Assembly (NCBI GenBank): GCA_965644295.1
Contig: CBFFRP010000263.1
Coordinates: forward strand, 124,001 to 188,000
Direction: 5' to 3'
Source of the DNA: Paraphysomonas bandaiensis
Taxonomy: Eukaryota; Protista; Chrysophyceae
DNA: 64,000 bases
Part shown: piece after piece, positions 25,925 through 40,222 of the stretch
Numbering within the stretch: position 1 is the stretch's first letter
Layout of the letters: each line of letters starts with the position of its first letter
Notes under the pieces: model-generated
What the model saw: only the letters and a program-made list of their open reading frames with translations
Database searches by the model: none
Told to the model about the DNA's origin: nothing
Position numbers and translations under genes: made by a program

Positions 25925-28900
25925 ATGGACTCATCAAGTGAAATGGATATTTCTCTGTCAAAAGAAGAAGAGGAAATAGACGAGGGGCTGTATAGCCGTC
26001 AACTGTATGTTATGGGACACGAGGCTCAGAAGAGAATGGCCAGATCACACGTTCTTATTGTAGGAATGAACGGTCTTGGAGTGGAGGTGGCTAAGAATAT
26101 TGTGTTGGCAGGAGTAAAGAGTGTGACTCTGTTAGATGATACGGCAGTCTCGTTATCAGATCTGTCTGCTCAGTTCTATCTCACAGATGCAGACGTTGGA
26201 CAACCAAGAGCTAAAGTAACGGCCCCGAAAATTGCTGAGTTAAACCCCTACGTACAAGTATCAGTAATTAGTGGTCCACTTCAGTTTGAAACGATTGTTA
26301 ACTATTCGGTAGTTGTGTTAATAGACATTCCACTAGCACAGCAGCTTGAAGTGTCATCCTTCTGCCACGATTGTGGTGTGGCTGTTGTTGTATCGGACAC
26401 TAGAGGAGTGTTTGCAAATGTATTTTGTGATTTCGGTAGCGATTTTGTGGTTAGTGATATCAACGGCGAACCCGCGGCATCGTCTATGATTGCCACCATC
26501 ACTGCTGTGGAGACTTCTGATGAATCGACAAGTCCTCGTGCCCTGGTAACTACTTTAGAGGACAGTCCACATGGTCTGGAGAGCGGAGATATAGTGGTTT
26601 TGAGTCACGTGCAGGGTTCAGGCGTGGATGGGATAAACGGTCTGGAATTGGAGGTGGTGGTCAAGGACCGGTTTTCTTTCGAGGTTTCTCTTGCGGGCGT
26701 GAACTGGCCACTGGCAGTGGGGGCCCAGTACATGAGGGGCGGATATGTGAATCAAATTAAGCAGCCTTCCCTTGTTCATTTCTCATCCATGGCTGCTACA
26801 ATAGATTCCCCAGGATACATATCCTCTCTGCTAACGAAGGAAGGGGACAGGGCCGTTGCTCTACACATTGCATTCAGGTTCATGTGTACGTTTTCTCTGT
26901 TGTACAATTTGGTAACCTTTTTGTAGGGCTCTTCATTCATTTTCACAGGCACATAATGGACAGCTACCCATACCCGGTGACACTGCTCATGCCGAGGAAG
27001 TTTACGCTCTGTCTGTTGAGCTCAATGAGCGAATCAAGCTGGTATCCACCACGTATTTTACCCTGTCTGTAATCTTCACATATGTATTTGAAGGTGGAGG
27101 ATTTATCTCAATTCAAAAGAGTCATTTGTCAGCTTGCTCTCTGTGCCAGGTACCCTCACTTGTGTGTAATATGGGGTGCTTAGATATATTCTAGGGGACA
27201 GATAAGCCCTATGTGCGCTCTTGTGGGTGGAATAGTAGCACAGGAGGTCATCAAGGCATGCTCGGGAAAGTTCATGCCGATCCGGCAATGGTTCTATTAC
27301 GATGCTGCAGAAGCATTGCCCGATGAGCCACTGCCAATGGAGGAGGTATGTAACATTATGCGAGTTTTATAGTTGTGCTAAATAGGTGGTCGGGGTAGGT
27401 GGCGCCTATAGGCTGCCGATATGATTCTCAAATTGCAGTATTCGGGCGGAGTATGCAGGCTTCCCTCGCAAGTCTTAATATGTTTCTGGTATAGTAGTGT
27501 GGTGCAATCATCACTTGCATGCAATGTCATGCATACTATGTAGGTGGGAGCTGGGGCTATAGGGTGCGAGATGCTGAAGAATTGGGCGATGATGGGCATA
27601 TCCGCAGAGGGTAAGACACAGAGGGCTATGACGGGCAAATTTTCTTAAGGTGATGTATCGTACTTTTATGCAGGTCCTGGAAGGCGTGGTGTGACCCATG
27701 TGACTGATATGGATTCCATCGAAAAGAGTAATCTTAGTAGGCAGTTCCTTTTCCGGTTAGCTTCTGAGTCGTAATGCGTGTTGTATCTACTCACGTCGTC
27801 TTCGTATAGAAACAGCGATATCAATCGACCCAAGTCATTGACTGCAGCGGCTGCTGCAGGAGCTATGAACCCCCACTTCAATACAAAGGTGTACGAGTCA
27901 AAGGTCGCACCTGAGACCGAGGTTGGAATGACAATTTTTTGCCCGAAGTGACTATTAACACATGACTGGTGATGTTTAGGCACTCTTCAACGACGACTTT
28001 TATGAATCACTTGACATTGTTTGCACAGCACTTGACAATGTACAGGCACGTCTATATGTGGACAGACGATGCATGTTTTACCACCTGCCAATGCTGGAGT
28101 CAGGTGAATGCCGATGTGTGTTCAATATGTATCTGATACCTTGCCAGGGACGCTGGGCACAAAGGGATCGACCCAGGTGGTGGTGCCCCACGTTACTGAG
28201 AACTATGGCGCGTCTAGGTATGATGCTGTAAATCGTAGAACCTTTCCCATTGATTTCCTGCAGGGACCCAGTGGATGAGAAGTCTATTCCGATGTGCACA
28301 GTAAAATTTTACCCTAATCTTATTGAGCATACGCTCCAGTGGGCGAGGGAGCTCTTCGAAGAATATTTCAAGCAGACGGTATAGATTTTTTGACTGGTGC
28401 TGTTGATAATGTGTGTTAATGAGAGTTTTTTTAGCCAGAAGACTGCAATCACTACCTTTCCTCATCTACTCCCGAGGAATTTCAGGCAAACTATCTGGCT
28501 AACCAACAAAATGTTAAGTTAGAAACACTCAACAGGGTAGGATTGTCTAGGAGATGTGTATCTTGTTTCGATATAAACTGTGGTGTATTTAGATGTACAG
28601 AGCGCTGGTGTCTGAAAGACCATCTACTATAGAAGATTGTGTGGCATGGGCAAGGTGGTGACTGTATATTCCATTTACACTTGGTCTAATGTGTATTAGG
28701 CTTCTTTTTGAAGACCTCTTTTCGAACCGCATTAAGCAGCTCCTACACAACTTCCCAATTGACAAGTTAACGGCCTCTGGAGCTCCCTTCTGGTATTTGA
28801 ACTTATTATCTTGTTCATTAGTATAATTAAATGACAGGTCTGGATCTAAAAAGCCACCAACGCCACTTGCGTTCTCTGCTGGGGATCCACTGCACATGTC

Positions 28901-29884
28901 TTTTATCACCGCTACGGCCAACCTTCGTGCCGTCGTGTTTGGAATTGAAACTGAATATCGAGAAGAAGTGTTCTTGGCCGCCCTTGATAAAGTTGATGTA
29001 CCAGAGTTCAGGTAGGAACAACGTACACTCCACTATTAGAAGACGAATAACATGATTTAGCCCGTCCGATGGGGTGAAAATTCCAACTACTGACGAAGAA
29101 TCTAAGACCGTCAATAGCAATTTAAGCGGTGGCCTCGATGACATTGATTCACAATGCGGTGCTGTACTCAGGTATCTAATATACATCTCTTGGTCTGTAT
29201 GTAATATACTACAGCAAACTTCCTCCCACTGATAGAGGAGTGCAGCTGAAGGCTATTGACTTTGATAAAGACGTTGATGCCCACATGCTAGTTGTAGCGG
29301 CAATGGGGAATCTCCGTGCTCGTAATTACTGTATTCCTGAAGCTGATCTACACGCTGCTCGTGGTATTGCTGGCAAGATTATCCCTGCTATCGCTACCAC
29401 GACAGCCCTCGTCACGGGAATCATATGCATGGAAATATTTAAAATTTTACAGAAGAAACCAATAGAGGCGCTTTTGAATACATCTAGCAACCTAGCGATT
29501 CCCTGCTTCTACTGTAACGAACCGCAGCCACCTGAGATTCGCACCACTGTTATCGCAGGAAAGGAGATGAAATGGAGTCAATGGGACCGGGTGGATATTC
29601 AAGATCCGAACATGACTCTTTCAGGACTCATCGAAATGCTGGATAGAGAGTATGGTGTGACTTTATCTATGCTTTCATCTGGTATGAGTATTTTGTACTC
29701 GGATTTTATGAACAAGAAAAAGATGCAAGAGCGGATGAATATGAGGATCAGTGAAATCGTTGAATCTGTTACTAAAAAGTCTCTTGACCCCGGCCAGAAA
29801 TATATTATCCTAGAGATGATTACAAATGACAATGAAACTGATGACGAGGTAGAGCTTCCGTACCTACGGTTTCGGTTGGGTTGA
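25925..29884 (+). CDS. UBA1: Ubiquitin-activating enzyme E1, multi-exon
   Basis: [51 protein letters not shown], catalytic [25 protein letters not shown] and the C-terminal UFD. Confidence 0.97.
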
Positions 29885-30408
29885 ATAGTTTTGATTGGTG
29901 GAAAGGAACAGTATGTGATATGTATCTAGGTGGGCCATAGTGGCTTCAATAAGAATAACTTTCCACTCTTCCAGTACCACTAGATTGTGTTGTTGATAAC
30001 CACTAATTAACATCAAAGACGTACCTAAAAATATATCATTTAGGGCTATTCTGGATGAGAGTTCATGAATATGGTACTATGTACTACTCGAAATTCGAAA
30101 TAGTATTATATTGACAACATCACTGGTGGAGTGATTAAATATGAAGTGTGTATAATTTATTCGCAAATCCAGCCTCTAAGCAATATTGAATAAATACTCT
30201 CTTAATTAGTAGGAATAACAATATAACTTTTCAACATGTCTGTACATCCTCCTGAAACCAGCAGTACAATTCATTTCGTGATCTATGAGCTTAAATATAT
30301 GTGAATGATATATAAATCAAACTATATGTCGTTATTAACATTGCCTTTGTTCTGTCGAAACACTGAGGTAGCACCGACTAGCAAAAGAGTACAAGTCCGC
30401 AAGTGCTG

Positions 30409-32789
30409 TTACAACAAAACTTCTCCCTTTTCGTTGTCCTCTTTATTTGCCTCTTCCTCTTTGACTTCCGGTCCAACCTAACAAATTACATTATAAAACA
30501 TTTAAAATTATATTCAAAGTTACAACCTTGGCATCAGCAGCGGACTGCTGGGTTTTCTTAATTGCTCCACGCAGAGCACCATCTGCAAACCTCTCCTCAG
30601 GAGGGAACATTTCCTCGTCAGCACAGTAGCACATTAAAATCGTGCTGATAGCCATGCCGAATACTTCAACAAACAGACTAGCAACAAAAAAAGACAGGAA
30701 GAAAACGATGAGCAGCGGACCAATAAGTCCGTGAACACTATCTCCAATGAAGTATCCGAGTGCAAGGTAACATAAAAACGTTGTGACGAGTGGAATAAAT
30801 ATCTATACGAAACATCAATGTGAATTCAAATGGGGCAACAAACGAAATACCTTTCCCAGAAAGAGAACAAAGTCTCCAACATAGCTGACGGCAATGACTC
30901 TCAAGACGTTTCTAGCAATAAGGAAGAATGCAGCACGACACGCCTTACAAAACGAGTATCCGTTTATGGCCGTCTGGATGTAGGCATTCTTATTTAGGAA
31001 CTTCATACACTTTTCGAGGCACCACATACAGCACTGAAGTACACGCAAGATACACAGCGCTAGCTGATTACCAGACTTCTTAGCTTTACGTTGGAGGTAT
31101 GCTAACACAGCACGAATAGTCTTTATAACAGCAATAACCAGAGACCCATATGCAGCGGTACCGAGGTGGTTAAAAAACGTCACGCGGAATGCCTGTAAAG
31201 GAGATAAGAAAGTCGATACCAAAAAGCAAAATCTAGCCTCACCCAAAAAACTGTTGAATTTCCCTCCGTCTTTTTGTCTCTTGTAAAATACCAGGCTGAA
31301 AAGGACAATGCTGACATAATCTGACCCGCCGCCACAACGAATTGAGAGGTCCAAAACCAGCAGAATAAAAGGTACAAGAAAGCTAGTCGTGTGTTATTGT
31401 TGTACTCAATGGTTTTGTATTGCGTAGTTTCCCCGTCTGCTTGTACTTCCTCAGTTTTAACATCCCCAGACGAAGCTAGATATATTGAATAGATCGTCCA
31501 TGGCACAAGAAAGATAACCACAGCAGCGCACTGGAATACAGGCATTAGACAGAGAATAGGCATCGCTGACACAGCCCGAGATGCCTCCTTCACGATTCCA
31601 ATCGCCAGCATAATGCGCTTCCTCATTACGCATATTAAACAGATATAAAGGGCGAAAATCACGAATCCGACTATGCTGACCACTTGCAGGGTCGTCGCCT
31701 CGTCTTTGCTTCTGTCCTCATCTTGAGCCCACTGCTGGGCCAAGGAGTAAAGCATAACAGATCCCACAAACAATACCGCGCCAATCCCTTTATATCACGT
31801 AAACGGCAACTACAACAACAACAATGAATATTCTTACCGACAATGATGCTCCATATCATTAGAAAAAGCACACCAGGTATACGCAAGAAGTAGAGGTATC
31901 CTAGAGCGAGGAACACGGCAATGCCAATTCCAAACCCAAATATATATCCTCTCAGCTCGTACATATCTGCAAAAAAACCTGTCGCCCACGTTCCCGAGTC
32001 GCTGTCAGAATAAGATGACGGGATCGATACTTGGTCTAGGTCCACATATTCGCTTGCAGCAGCTTCCGCAGAAGAGCTGTTGACAGACTTGTCTTTCTGG
32101 TACAAGCACCTGTTCAAAACTGGCAGAGAGGTCATCAAGAAATAACGAATATATATACAACTTACACTCTTCAGTTTTGGCTTCATACATGCACTTTTGT
32201 TTGCCAACCAATCTCCAAGCAGTAGTTTCGTTCGCATCGGCCGCTGCTTGTTTGTCGTCATAACATATGAATTCCGTGAAGTCCGTCTTTCTCGGACAAC
32301 TTTTCACACAAATCACTACAGAGTGTGTGAAAAATACCGATAACAAGTACTATACAAATACACCTGCTCCACTTGTCAAATAATATGCATTTGGCCGGTC
32401 TTTGACTCCTGACGATGCGCCACAAATACGACCATCATAGTCAATGGCATTAGTCAATCTAATTAGCACGTTACAGGTCTAGTATGCAATTATATGGCGC
32501 TTAATTACCTCGCAGGATTTCCTTTGTCAAGATGACTATCTTCGATAACGCCAGTTACAACAAACCCCACAGCTGTCATCGCTATCCAGCAGCAGATCAG
32601 CAGTATCTACCTCACATATAAGACACAACATCAGCATATATATACTGTACAAACCAAACATAAGCAATCAGTACAATGCCGCTTCCTCTCTCTCAAACTA
32701 GTCCACCCTTCTCCACTCATTTTCTTGTTATCCGGGTGATTAGTGTCATTATCGCCACTATCTTCAGTGGAGTTACCACAACACCCCAT
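30409..32789 (-). CDS. Choline transporter-like protein (CTL/SLC44 family), multi-exon
   Basis: MGCC N-terminus, RHCTD, CVKSCP, FWTSQFVVA, HLGTAAYGSLVIA and KFLNKNAYIQTAINGYSFC; spliced end ...EKGEVLL*. Confidence 0.92.
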
Positions 32790-33370
32790 TAGTTCCTTAT
32801 TTTAGTAATACAGAGAATGGAAATGGGAAACAACTACTGCTAGAATGAACTTGAGTCCACTCGCCCCAAAGAGACAATGGAATATGTAATATATCAACGA
32901 CTCTATCAGCTGTTACGATGCTGAGTGTTGATGGATGTATAGAGCTGCCGTCTGTGTATGTATGTAGAGGTGGGTATATCTGGAAACTGAAATATTGGAG
33001 TGTGTTTTTTTGTATTGAGTTTTTCCTCAAGAATGAAACGGACACTTTTTCAAGCAACGGAATAGTACAGTATCTGTATTCCCTGTATTCCATGTATTCT
33101 ACATCTTCTAGTTGTTCTGAAGATTCTGCTAACTACAGTAATATGGATACGGATTGTGTGTAGAACGTAGAAGGACATACAGCAGTACAGCAGTGTATGC
33201 CGTAGCTTATGTATAGGAGGGTACAGTACGAGTAGTATGACTGCAGTGTATACAGCACCTCCGCATCACTCTGTATGAATACATAGCTCGAAAGATTATC
33301 CTCTACAGCATTATATGAACTACAGCTAAAGAATCTACGCCCATATAGTTAGGGACCCCTGCAGTCAATC

Positions 33371-34549
33371 ATGGATATGACTCCTGACCAAATGGTGGAG
33401 TTCTTAAGAGGCGCTTTCAAAGACATCGACCGTGAGACGTTACTTTTACTCTTGCAAGCCAACAGATACGACTTAGACGCCACAATCGAGACGCTGATAA
33501 GCATGGAAGAAGAATCTGCTCCTAGTCAATCATCTCAATCGTCTATGATGCATGATTATCCCCTACCTTCCCAAGACCAATCTTCAAGAGGTGATATTCA
33601 TATTTGTTTGTTCATATGTGTTGATATCCGTGTTATAGCATCTCATAGAAATGGAGAGAATATGGGATCATCCAATAATGTGGAACAAAATGGTAAACGA
33701 GGTGCAAAAGTAGCTCTCCCGGATAATTTTCTGCGCATACCGGGCTGGAACGAAAGGTATAATGCATACCTGTGCCGTATTATTTGTGTTATATCTAACG
33801 GGTGATACTTTCATGAGTAGACACGATGCACAGATGGGAACAGGAGATTATGTAAACTTACTTTCTGATCCTGTTTTTCTACGGGAGTTGGAGCGAGAAT
33901 TTGGGCCAGATTACGAGGCAGTTCTCCGAGAACACCTGCAAGCCGAAGCGCTGCGTAGCTTGCAACATCCCCCTATGTTTCACCCCGATCAGGCGCGTGA
34001 TACGCACGCACAGGGAGTAAGTAATGCTGTTGATTCCAACGAGCGGTACCGACAGCACCTCCCGGCATATGAACAGCAACATGCTAGCTTAGAGTTCCAA
34101 CAAAAATACAGACAAGAACAGGAAGGGCATGGGTATTCTCAAGGGGCACCTCCTCCTACAACTAATGGAGAGCCAGGAGGACGACGACCTATGGTTGGTT
34201 TTGGGGGTGGGTCTGATCAGAGCGCTTCTGCTTCTGGTAGGGGAAATACCAGTAAGTGTTATTGTCATGTTGTGCCCCCGTCAAGTATAATGACATCCCA
34301 CCTTGTTTAGTTACAGAAAGATTTCAAAATATTCTACGAGGGTTTACATCACCACCCGCGAGCAGAGTGAAGAGAAAAGAAGACGCAGAGACCCGCGGAC
34401 TATTGCACGAGGATGACGACGATGAGGAGGGGCAATGGGAAGGGAGAGACGGCATTCAAATGAAGGAGTCTTACAGAGAGCCAGCAGAATACGAGGAAGA
34501 GGATGAAGGAAGCAGTGCGCTACTTCAGCCTCATGTTGGGCGAGAGTAA
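33371..34549 (+). CDS. CUE-domain (ubiquitin-binding) protein, multi-exon
   Basis: FLRGAFKDIDRETLLLLLQANRYDLDATIETLISM matches CUE; LPDNFLRIP motif. Confidence 0.75.
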
Positions 34550-34715
34550 TATTTTCAATGGCATTTTGAAACAAAGTAGCTCAAGCATATCCGTATTAGG
34601 CTTCTTGTTGATGAAGTTGTACATATATTAACAGATTAAGCGAATTCGATGGTTGCTAAAAGTCTTTCATAAGTTTGTTGCGCATTGCGCAGTAACCGTG
34701 TATTACTTAGTCAAT

Positions 34716-34764
34716 ATATTGCGAGGTCAAAGCATCCAATCCAATATATTTTTACCTGGCCCTG
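34716..34764. mobile_element. Fragment of the hAT MITE family (right end)
   Basis: atattgcgagg...caatccaatatattttacctggccctg matches the ends at 24464 and 42064; a left-end-like cagggatgg...caatatattgcaat lies at ~34903. Confidence 0.6.
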
Positions 34765-35069
34765 ATCAACATTATTCCTGCTACAGGTCTGCCTTTACCC
34801 TTACTGCACTCATTTTCTCACTTACAAATACATCTTATACTTTTATTGCCACGATCATATCAACATACAGCATACTGGTACTGTGATTCTATTTTATATA
34901 CCAGGGATGGGGAACAATATATTGCAATTGCAATATATAATACTATTGTTTCATAGCGTTCCGTCAATTGCATTGATGCATGGAGTTTTAAATTAGAAGT
35001 AACTTGTTACAATATGTATACCAAAAAATAAAATTCATATCAAACGCATATGATACAAGTTATTTAATT

Positions 35070-36435
35070 CTACCATTCAACAAAGGCAGCAGATATATTT
35101 ATCACTCGGGGTTCCCAGAATAACAAGTAATCGGGATCTAACATAGTCTCCATCGGTAGTCTATTAACAAATAAGTCGCCACGTCCCCCAGTGCTAATTA
35201 GCAATTCAGGGTTATATCTTGTTCGAGCCCAGCTCCACGGTAGCGACCTTGTAGGCATTTTTGATTCATCGTCGTGAGTTCGCACTGGAGGGTTGCATGG
35301 GTGACCGCATTCGTAGTCTGTAATTTGCAAATCGACAAGCACTCCACGTGATGATCCAACTTGCATTCCATCCCGCCACCGAATAACGTCAACAGTAGTT
35401 AAGTCATTTGCTACATAACGGACTGTAGCCGCAGAAAATGAAGATGCGGTATTAATATCACACCAACCACTTTGATATCCCGCCACAAAACAATCCCAAT
35501 CCACACAGGTTGTATCGTCTAGGTAGACAACGTGCTTTGGAGATGCCAGCAGCCGGAAATTGAGAATATCGTCAAGTACATCTTGCTCAGTGTGACTACC
35601 ATCAATAAACATGATGTCACATGCACCTTATATAACATTAGACAAATACCCTTCACTTAAGCACAACATACGTACCATATAAATCGTCATAAGCCCGTTT
35701 GACCACGGTCTCTTGCGATCTTCCTGGGATGAATTCGAAATTGTTGCCATAGATATCCTTCAAAAATTCAGCAGCAGGTAGGGTATACGCATGCTCAACA
35801 ATATCAAATGAATACACCTTCATATGTGGACGGGCCGTGAGTATAGCAGCCGCAGAGTGCCCAGCATTAAATCCGATTTCACAATAGGTGCTCGCATTGA
35901 TACTATCAATGGTTCGAAGCATATCCACCAGTTGAACAGGACGTAAGTAACCAAACATATACGCTTCCGGTTGTTTTCGCATCAACTGGTCTAGTATGTT
36001 CCACATCGTGTACACAGAGATTAAAGATTCAGAAATACTTTCAGGTATAAAAAGAAAATCTGAAGAGCTATTAAATGGTCTAAATCGATCTAAGCTTTGC
36101 ATATTATGTTGATCCACAGAAAAGCATGATGTTAAGGGGTCTCTGGTTTGATGAGACCAAGGTGTATTCCAACGCTTCTGTTGTAAAGTTTTCATAAAGA
36201 GAATTATCGAACAAATAGTTTGATTCTTACAGCCCGAATACGACTGTTTGTGTTCAATGACCAGTGAATATAAATAATGACTCAATTTCGCATCACCATC
36301 CACCTCAAATTGAAGTAACTTGTCCTCGACTTTCATTTCAAAGTTATATATATCTTCAGAGAGAGCTGTGTACTGCTTGTTATGAGCCACCAGCACTGAT
36401 AACACAGTGATGTAATACACTAACATAGATACCAT
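35070..36435 (-). CDS. Secreted/membrane-anchored class I SAM methyltransferase (Methyltransf_24-like)
   Basis: YCEIGFNAGHSA, VYSFDI, GRSQETV, CDIMFIDGSHTEQDVLDDILNF and YLDDT; N-terminal hydrophobic segment; one intron. Confidence 0.85.
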
Positions 36436-36918
36436 ATTCACAGCTTCTCTCTGATTATTTGTGTGTTATCTAGATACCAACACTGATACACTGACGTCAT
36501 GGAGCATAGCGCGCTGATCTAATCTAGATAGCAATGATCTCTATCACCCACTCCATAGACAATCATGATGCTGCCTCACTGCTGTTAGATCCATAGTTTT
36601 CAGAAGTCATATGCAAAATACCCGGATATCCACCAATTATAGGGAGTTTTCTATAAAAGTGTGACCCTATCCAGCTATTTCCGGGAATATTTAGTTTGAA
36701 GTGAAGGAAGTGGCTTTATATAAAATATTTGGCCGTTTTTTTCATCATGGTCTGTACAGTGTCTCTGTACGTATGTATGTACATCTCGTCCCATATTACT
36801 GGACAGATACACGCACTAGTGTATGACCTCCAGTTAAAGTTAGGTGCATCTAGTTGGTGGTCTAGTAGATTAAAACCACACCGCAGTAGTAACAATCTTT
36901 GAAGGATATGTCACAGAT

Positions 36919-39279
36919 ATGACTGATATTGATAAGAAAGACGAAGAGAAGCCGAGTATCTTCTCATTGAGTCCTGTCTATGAGCTTAAGTTCGTCTTCT
37001 CTATAGCCTTAACGATCACTGGGATCGTCCTTGCTGCTATTGCCTTCGCTGAGTTAAAGGCTATTAGCAATGACGTGTATGACATTATAAACAACTGGAA
37101 GACACAGCCGGTTACTGATATATATGTTGCTCACTATAGTGAAGACTGTCTAGACGGATATCAGGAGTTTAACTTGGATAATGCTGACTTTGAGGGAATC
37201 ACCAAAGGACACTGTGGCTGCACTTCTAATTCTTTTTTTTATACCTCTTCTTTGGAAAATTGTTCCGACTCTGTAGGGAATACTGATTATTGTATGACCG
37301 CTCCTAAGCGCAAGAGTTTTTCTGCTCGAAGTTGGCGACGACATCGAGTGTGTTACATGCGAGGTGGACAAGCTGCTGCTACTTGGAAGGGGGGTTATAA
37401 GCATAGGCCCTATCCTACGGAGAACTCGACTTGTCCAGTTGGCTATAAGCTCTGTGGATCTGGAACCTATTCTAATGGTAATGCTGTATGCTTCCCCGTG
37501 GACACAGTATGTCCGATAACAGGATTGTTGATCGCACCTTCTGAAACCCCCCTATCTTCGCTGTCTTGGGTCAAGGCAAATGGAAATTTTACAGTAGCAA
37601 ATTATTCACTGTACTACCGTAGAGAACACAGTAACGAACTTCCTGTAATAGATTTGAGGGTTGCCTTGACCCGGTACTCTTCCACAGACTACCTTGACGA
37701 AGAGTACAAGCCTGGGGCAAATGCTCGTGGTGTATGTTATATTGGGAGAAGCCAGGAGTACAAGAAACCAATTGCTGTGTCCAACAGTGCGCTTGCCCAG
37801 TATTCTTCATCTGAGCCACAGCAATGCGAACGAGTGGATAAAAGGTATATTCTCTATGACAAGATTCGACTGGATGAGCACTATCTATCGAATTTAGAGC
37901 ACACAGAATATTGCTCGTCGTTTTCTCTCTGGCCGCATGACCATGAGAATTTTAATGCTTCTGCTGATGCAGACTATCTCTACAGTGGAATTAAGTGTGG
38001 TACAAAAGATGGCTACGTTTGTGATCGGTAAGATATGACAAATTCAGTACTCTTAACTCAATTATACATTGTTGATACTAGACCGGACGGGCAATATACA
38101 GACTGTGCCTCATCTGACAACATATGTGATTTAGTAATTAACCAGAATATATGCGGACAATACGTACAGGCTGCACGGTCATTATCGAGCTCCTATGATA
38201 GTTTCGGTTTGTACAGACGTGGTGAAATATTCTGGGCCCCAGAGTGCGATGTGAATAGAGACCAGATATACCTCAATGCCGACCCGGTAGGATAGAAATA
38301 TGGTTACCTTCTGTGTTGATTATTTATGACAGCTGACTGCTGCACTAGACGCACAATTGGCAGTTGTTGTCATATCCGCTATACTTGGAGGATTTGCTGG
38401 GATCCTTTGGCCTATTCTGATGCTTACCGTTCTCAAGAAAAAATATCATGGAAAAGTTCATCCTGAAGTATCACTAATGGATAGAATCGATCCTTGCATC
38501 CATATTGTTAAAATTGCACCTCTCATTGCAGCCATCGTTCTTGTCGGAAATGTACGTGGTGCATATATTTTATGATACCTTACCATTAGCTGTGACATCT
38601 GTGTACTAGATATTTCGTTTGTATGCCACTGCTGGAGAAGATAACTGCTCGGATAGTTTAACGAATGACACATTTGATTATCTTGCGACGACATTACCCG
38701 ATATTTACTACAAATCTGTTGGAAATATTGTAGTGGAGTGTTTATTATTCAGTGTACGTAGACTTTTGGTGAGATTACACACCTCTTATTAAACCTTACT
38801 CATATATACAGGCTGGTGTTTTTTTTCTCCGACAGAAGATTCATAAGAATATGTATGTAGCAAGCAAAGTGGTTCCGGAAAAACAAGTTAACGGCGATGC
38901 AGTTGTTGATCCTCCCGTTGTCACTGCTGCTCCAACTCCTCAAATTCAAATGGTTACCCACGTTGTACCTCAACAATACCCACAGCAGCAGGTTTATCCT
39001 CAACAAGGAGTTCCGCAACAGCAGGGTTATCCTCAGCAAGGGATACCACAACAGCAGGGCTATCCTCAGCAAGGGATTCCACAGCAGCAGGGTTATCCTC
39101 AGCAAGGGATACCACAGCAGCAGGGTTATCCTCAGCAAGGAATACCACAGCAGCAGGGTTATCTTCAGCAGGGCTATCCTCAGCAAGGCTATCCTCAACA
39201 ACAGGGTTATCTTCAGCAGGGCTATCCTCAGCAAGGATATCCACAACAACAGGGCTATCTTCAAGGTTTTCCACAGTAG
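36919..39279 (+). CDS. Multi-pass membrane protein with Cys-rich lumenal domain and C-terminal [10 protein letters not shown] repeats
   Basis: N-terminal [28 protein letters not shown], later TM exons and a (PQQGY) repeat tail. Confidence 0.75.
38975..39276 (+). repeat. Coding minisatellite encoding PQQ(Q)GY/GI
   Basis: Tandem cagcagggttatcctcagcaaggg-like units. Confidence 0.9.
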
Positions 39280-40222
39280 CAAGGTTGAGCTTCTTCGACT
39301 GATGGTGAAGTGTAGAGTTGTGAATTGTGTTCTATATATATATAATTGCATAGTTTTAAATAATAACGTGGAGTTTATTTTTATTTAACCACTATTTGTT
39401 GACTGCCCAGATTAATTTGATATGTCTGTCTACTTATGTTTGGAGCACTATAGTATCTATTCCTCTGATTTGAGTTAATAGAGATAGAATTGGTAAGAGA
39501 AGTTGAAGTCAGAATACGTATAGCTTAACGTTTTGTACTTTTAACAAAGGAAGATGCGTCAAAAGATCAAGTTGTACAAAATCATCTGACGACATCAATC
39601 ATCTGGAATCTTTTCATTGTTTACAGTTTACATCCAGTAGAGAAAAATAATATTTCAAAGTGAAGTTGTAGCTCATATATATACTTTGTAATTTGTAGGC
39701 TCTAAATATGTCTTTCTTTGTATTTTACATCTTCTGTGAACCTATAAAAAACAACATTGTACGTTTCAACAATTCTTCAGTTATACCAATTATTGACACA
39801 CACACCATTACAAAAAACAATGGAAATGGAAATCGTTCATTATACAGTTGTACTCTACATAGTTAAACTACTAAATCAAAATGCGAATTAATTTCTATAA
39901 ACTTTTAATTGAACCCTATAAAAATACAACATTGCTGACTGTTTTGTCACTTCTTACTACTATTTATTATGTATTTGTAAACCAAAATACTCAAACTCTT
40001 AAACTGCGCTGTTTAATTAATTGTTGATTACTTCTATCACTCCCTCCTGAAGTCAGCAGATGTCAGGTATATCAGTTTCTGCTTGCTAACTGCGTTGGAT
40101 TCGAGTGATAAAAAGCAAAAATGGTTGCACCTTGATAAAAGGGCTGCATAAAAATTAACTACAATTAAATCGCAAATGCTTTTTAGCAGTTAAATTGCAA
40201 TTATTAGTTATTATATAATTGC

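Noticed and set aside
25925-29884. Alternative genetic code or stop readthrough to explain the fragmented ORFs
   Set aside because: The junctions I checked are explained by short canonical GT-AG introns.
38800-39388. Alternative-frame and antisense repeat ORFs
   Set aside because: Shadows of the QQGYP coding minisatellite.
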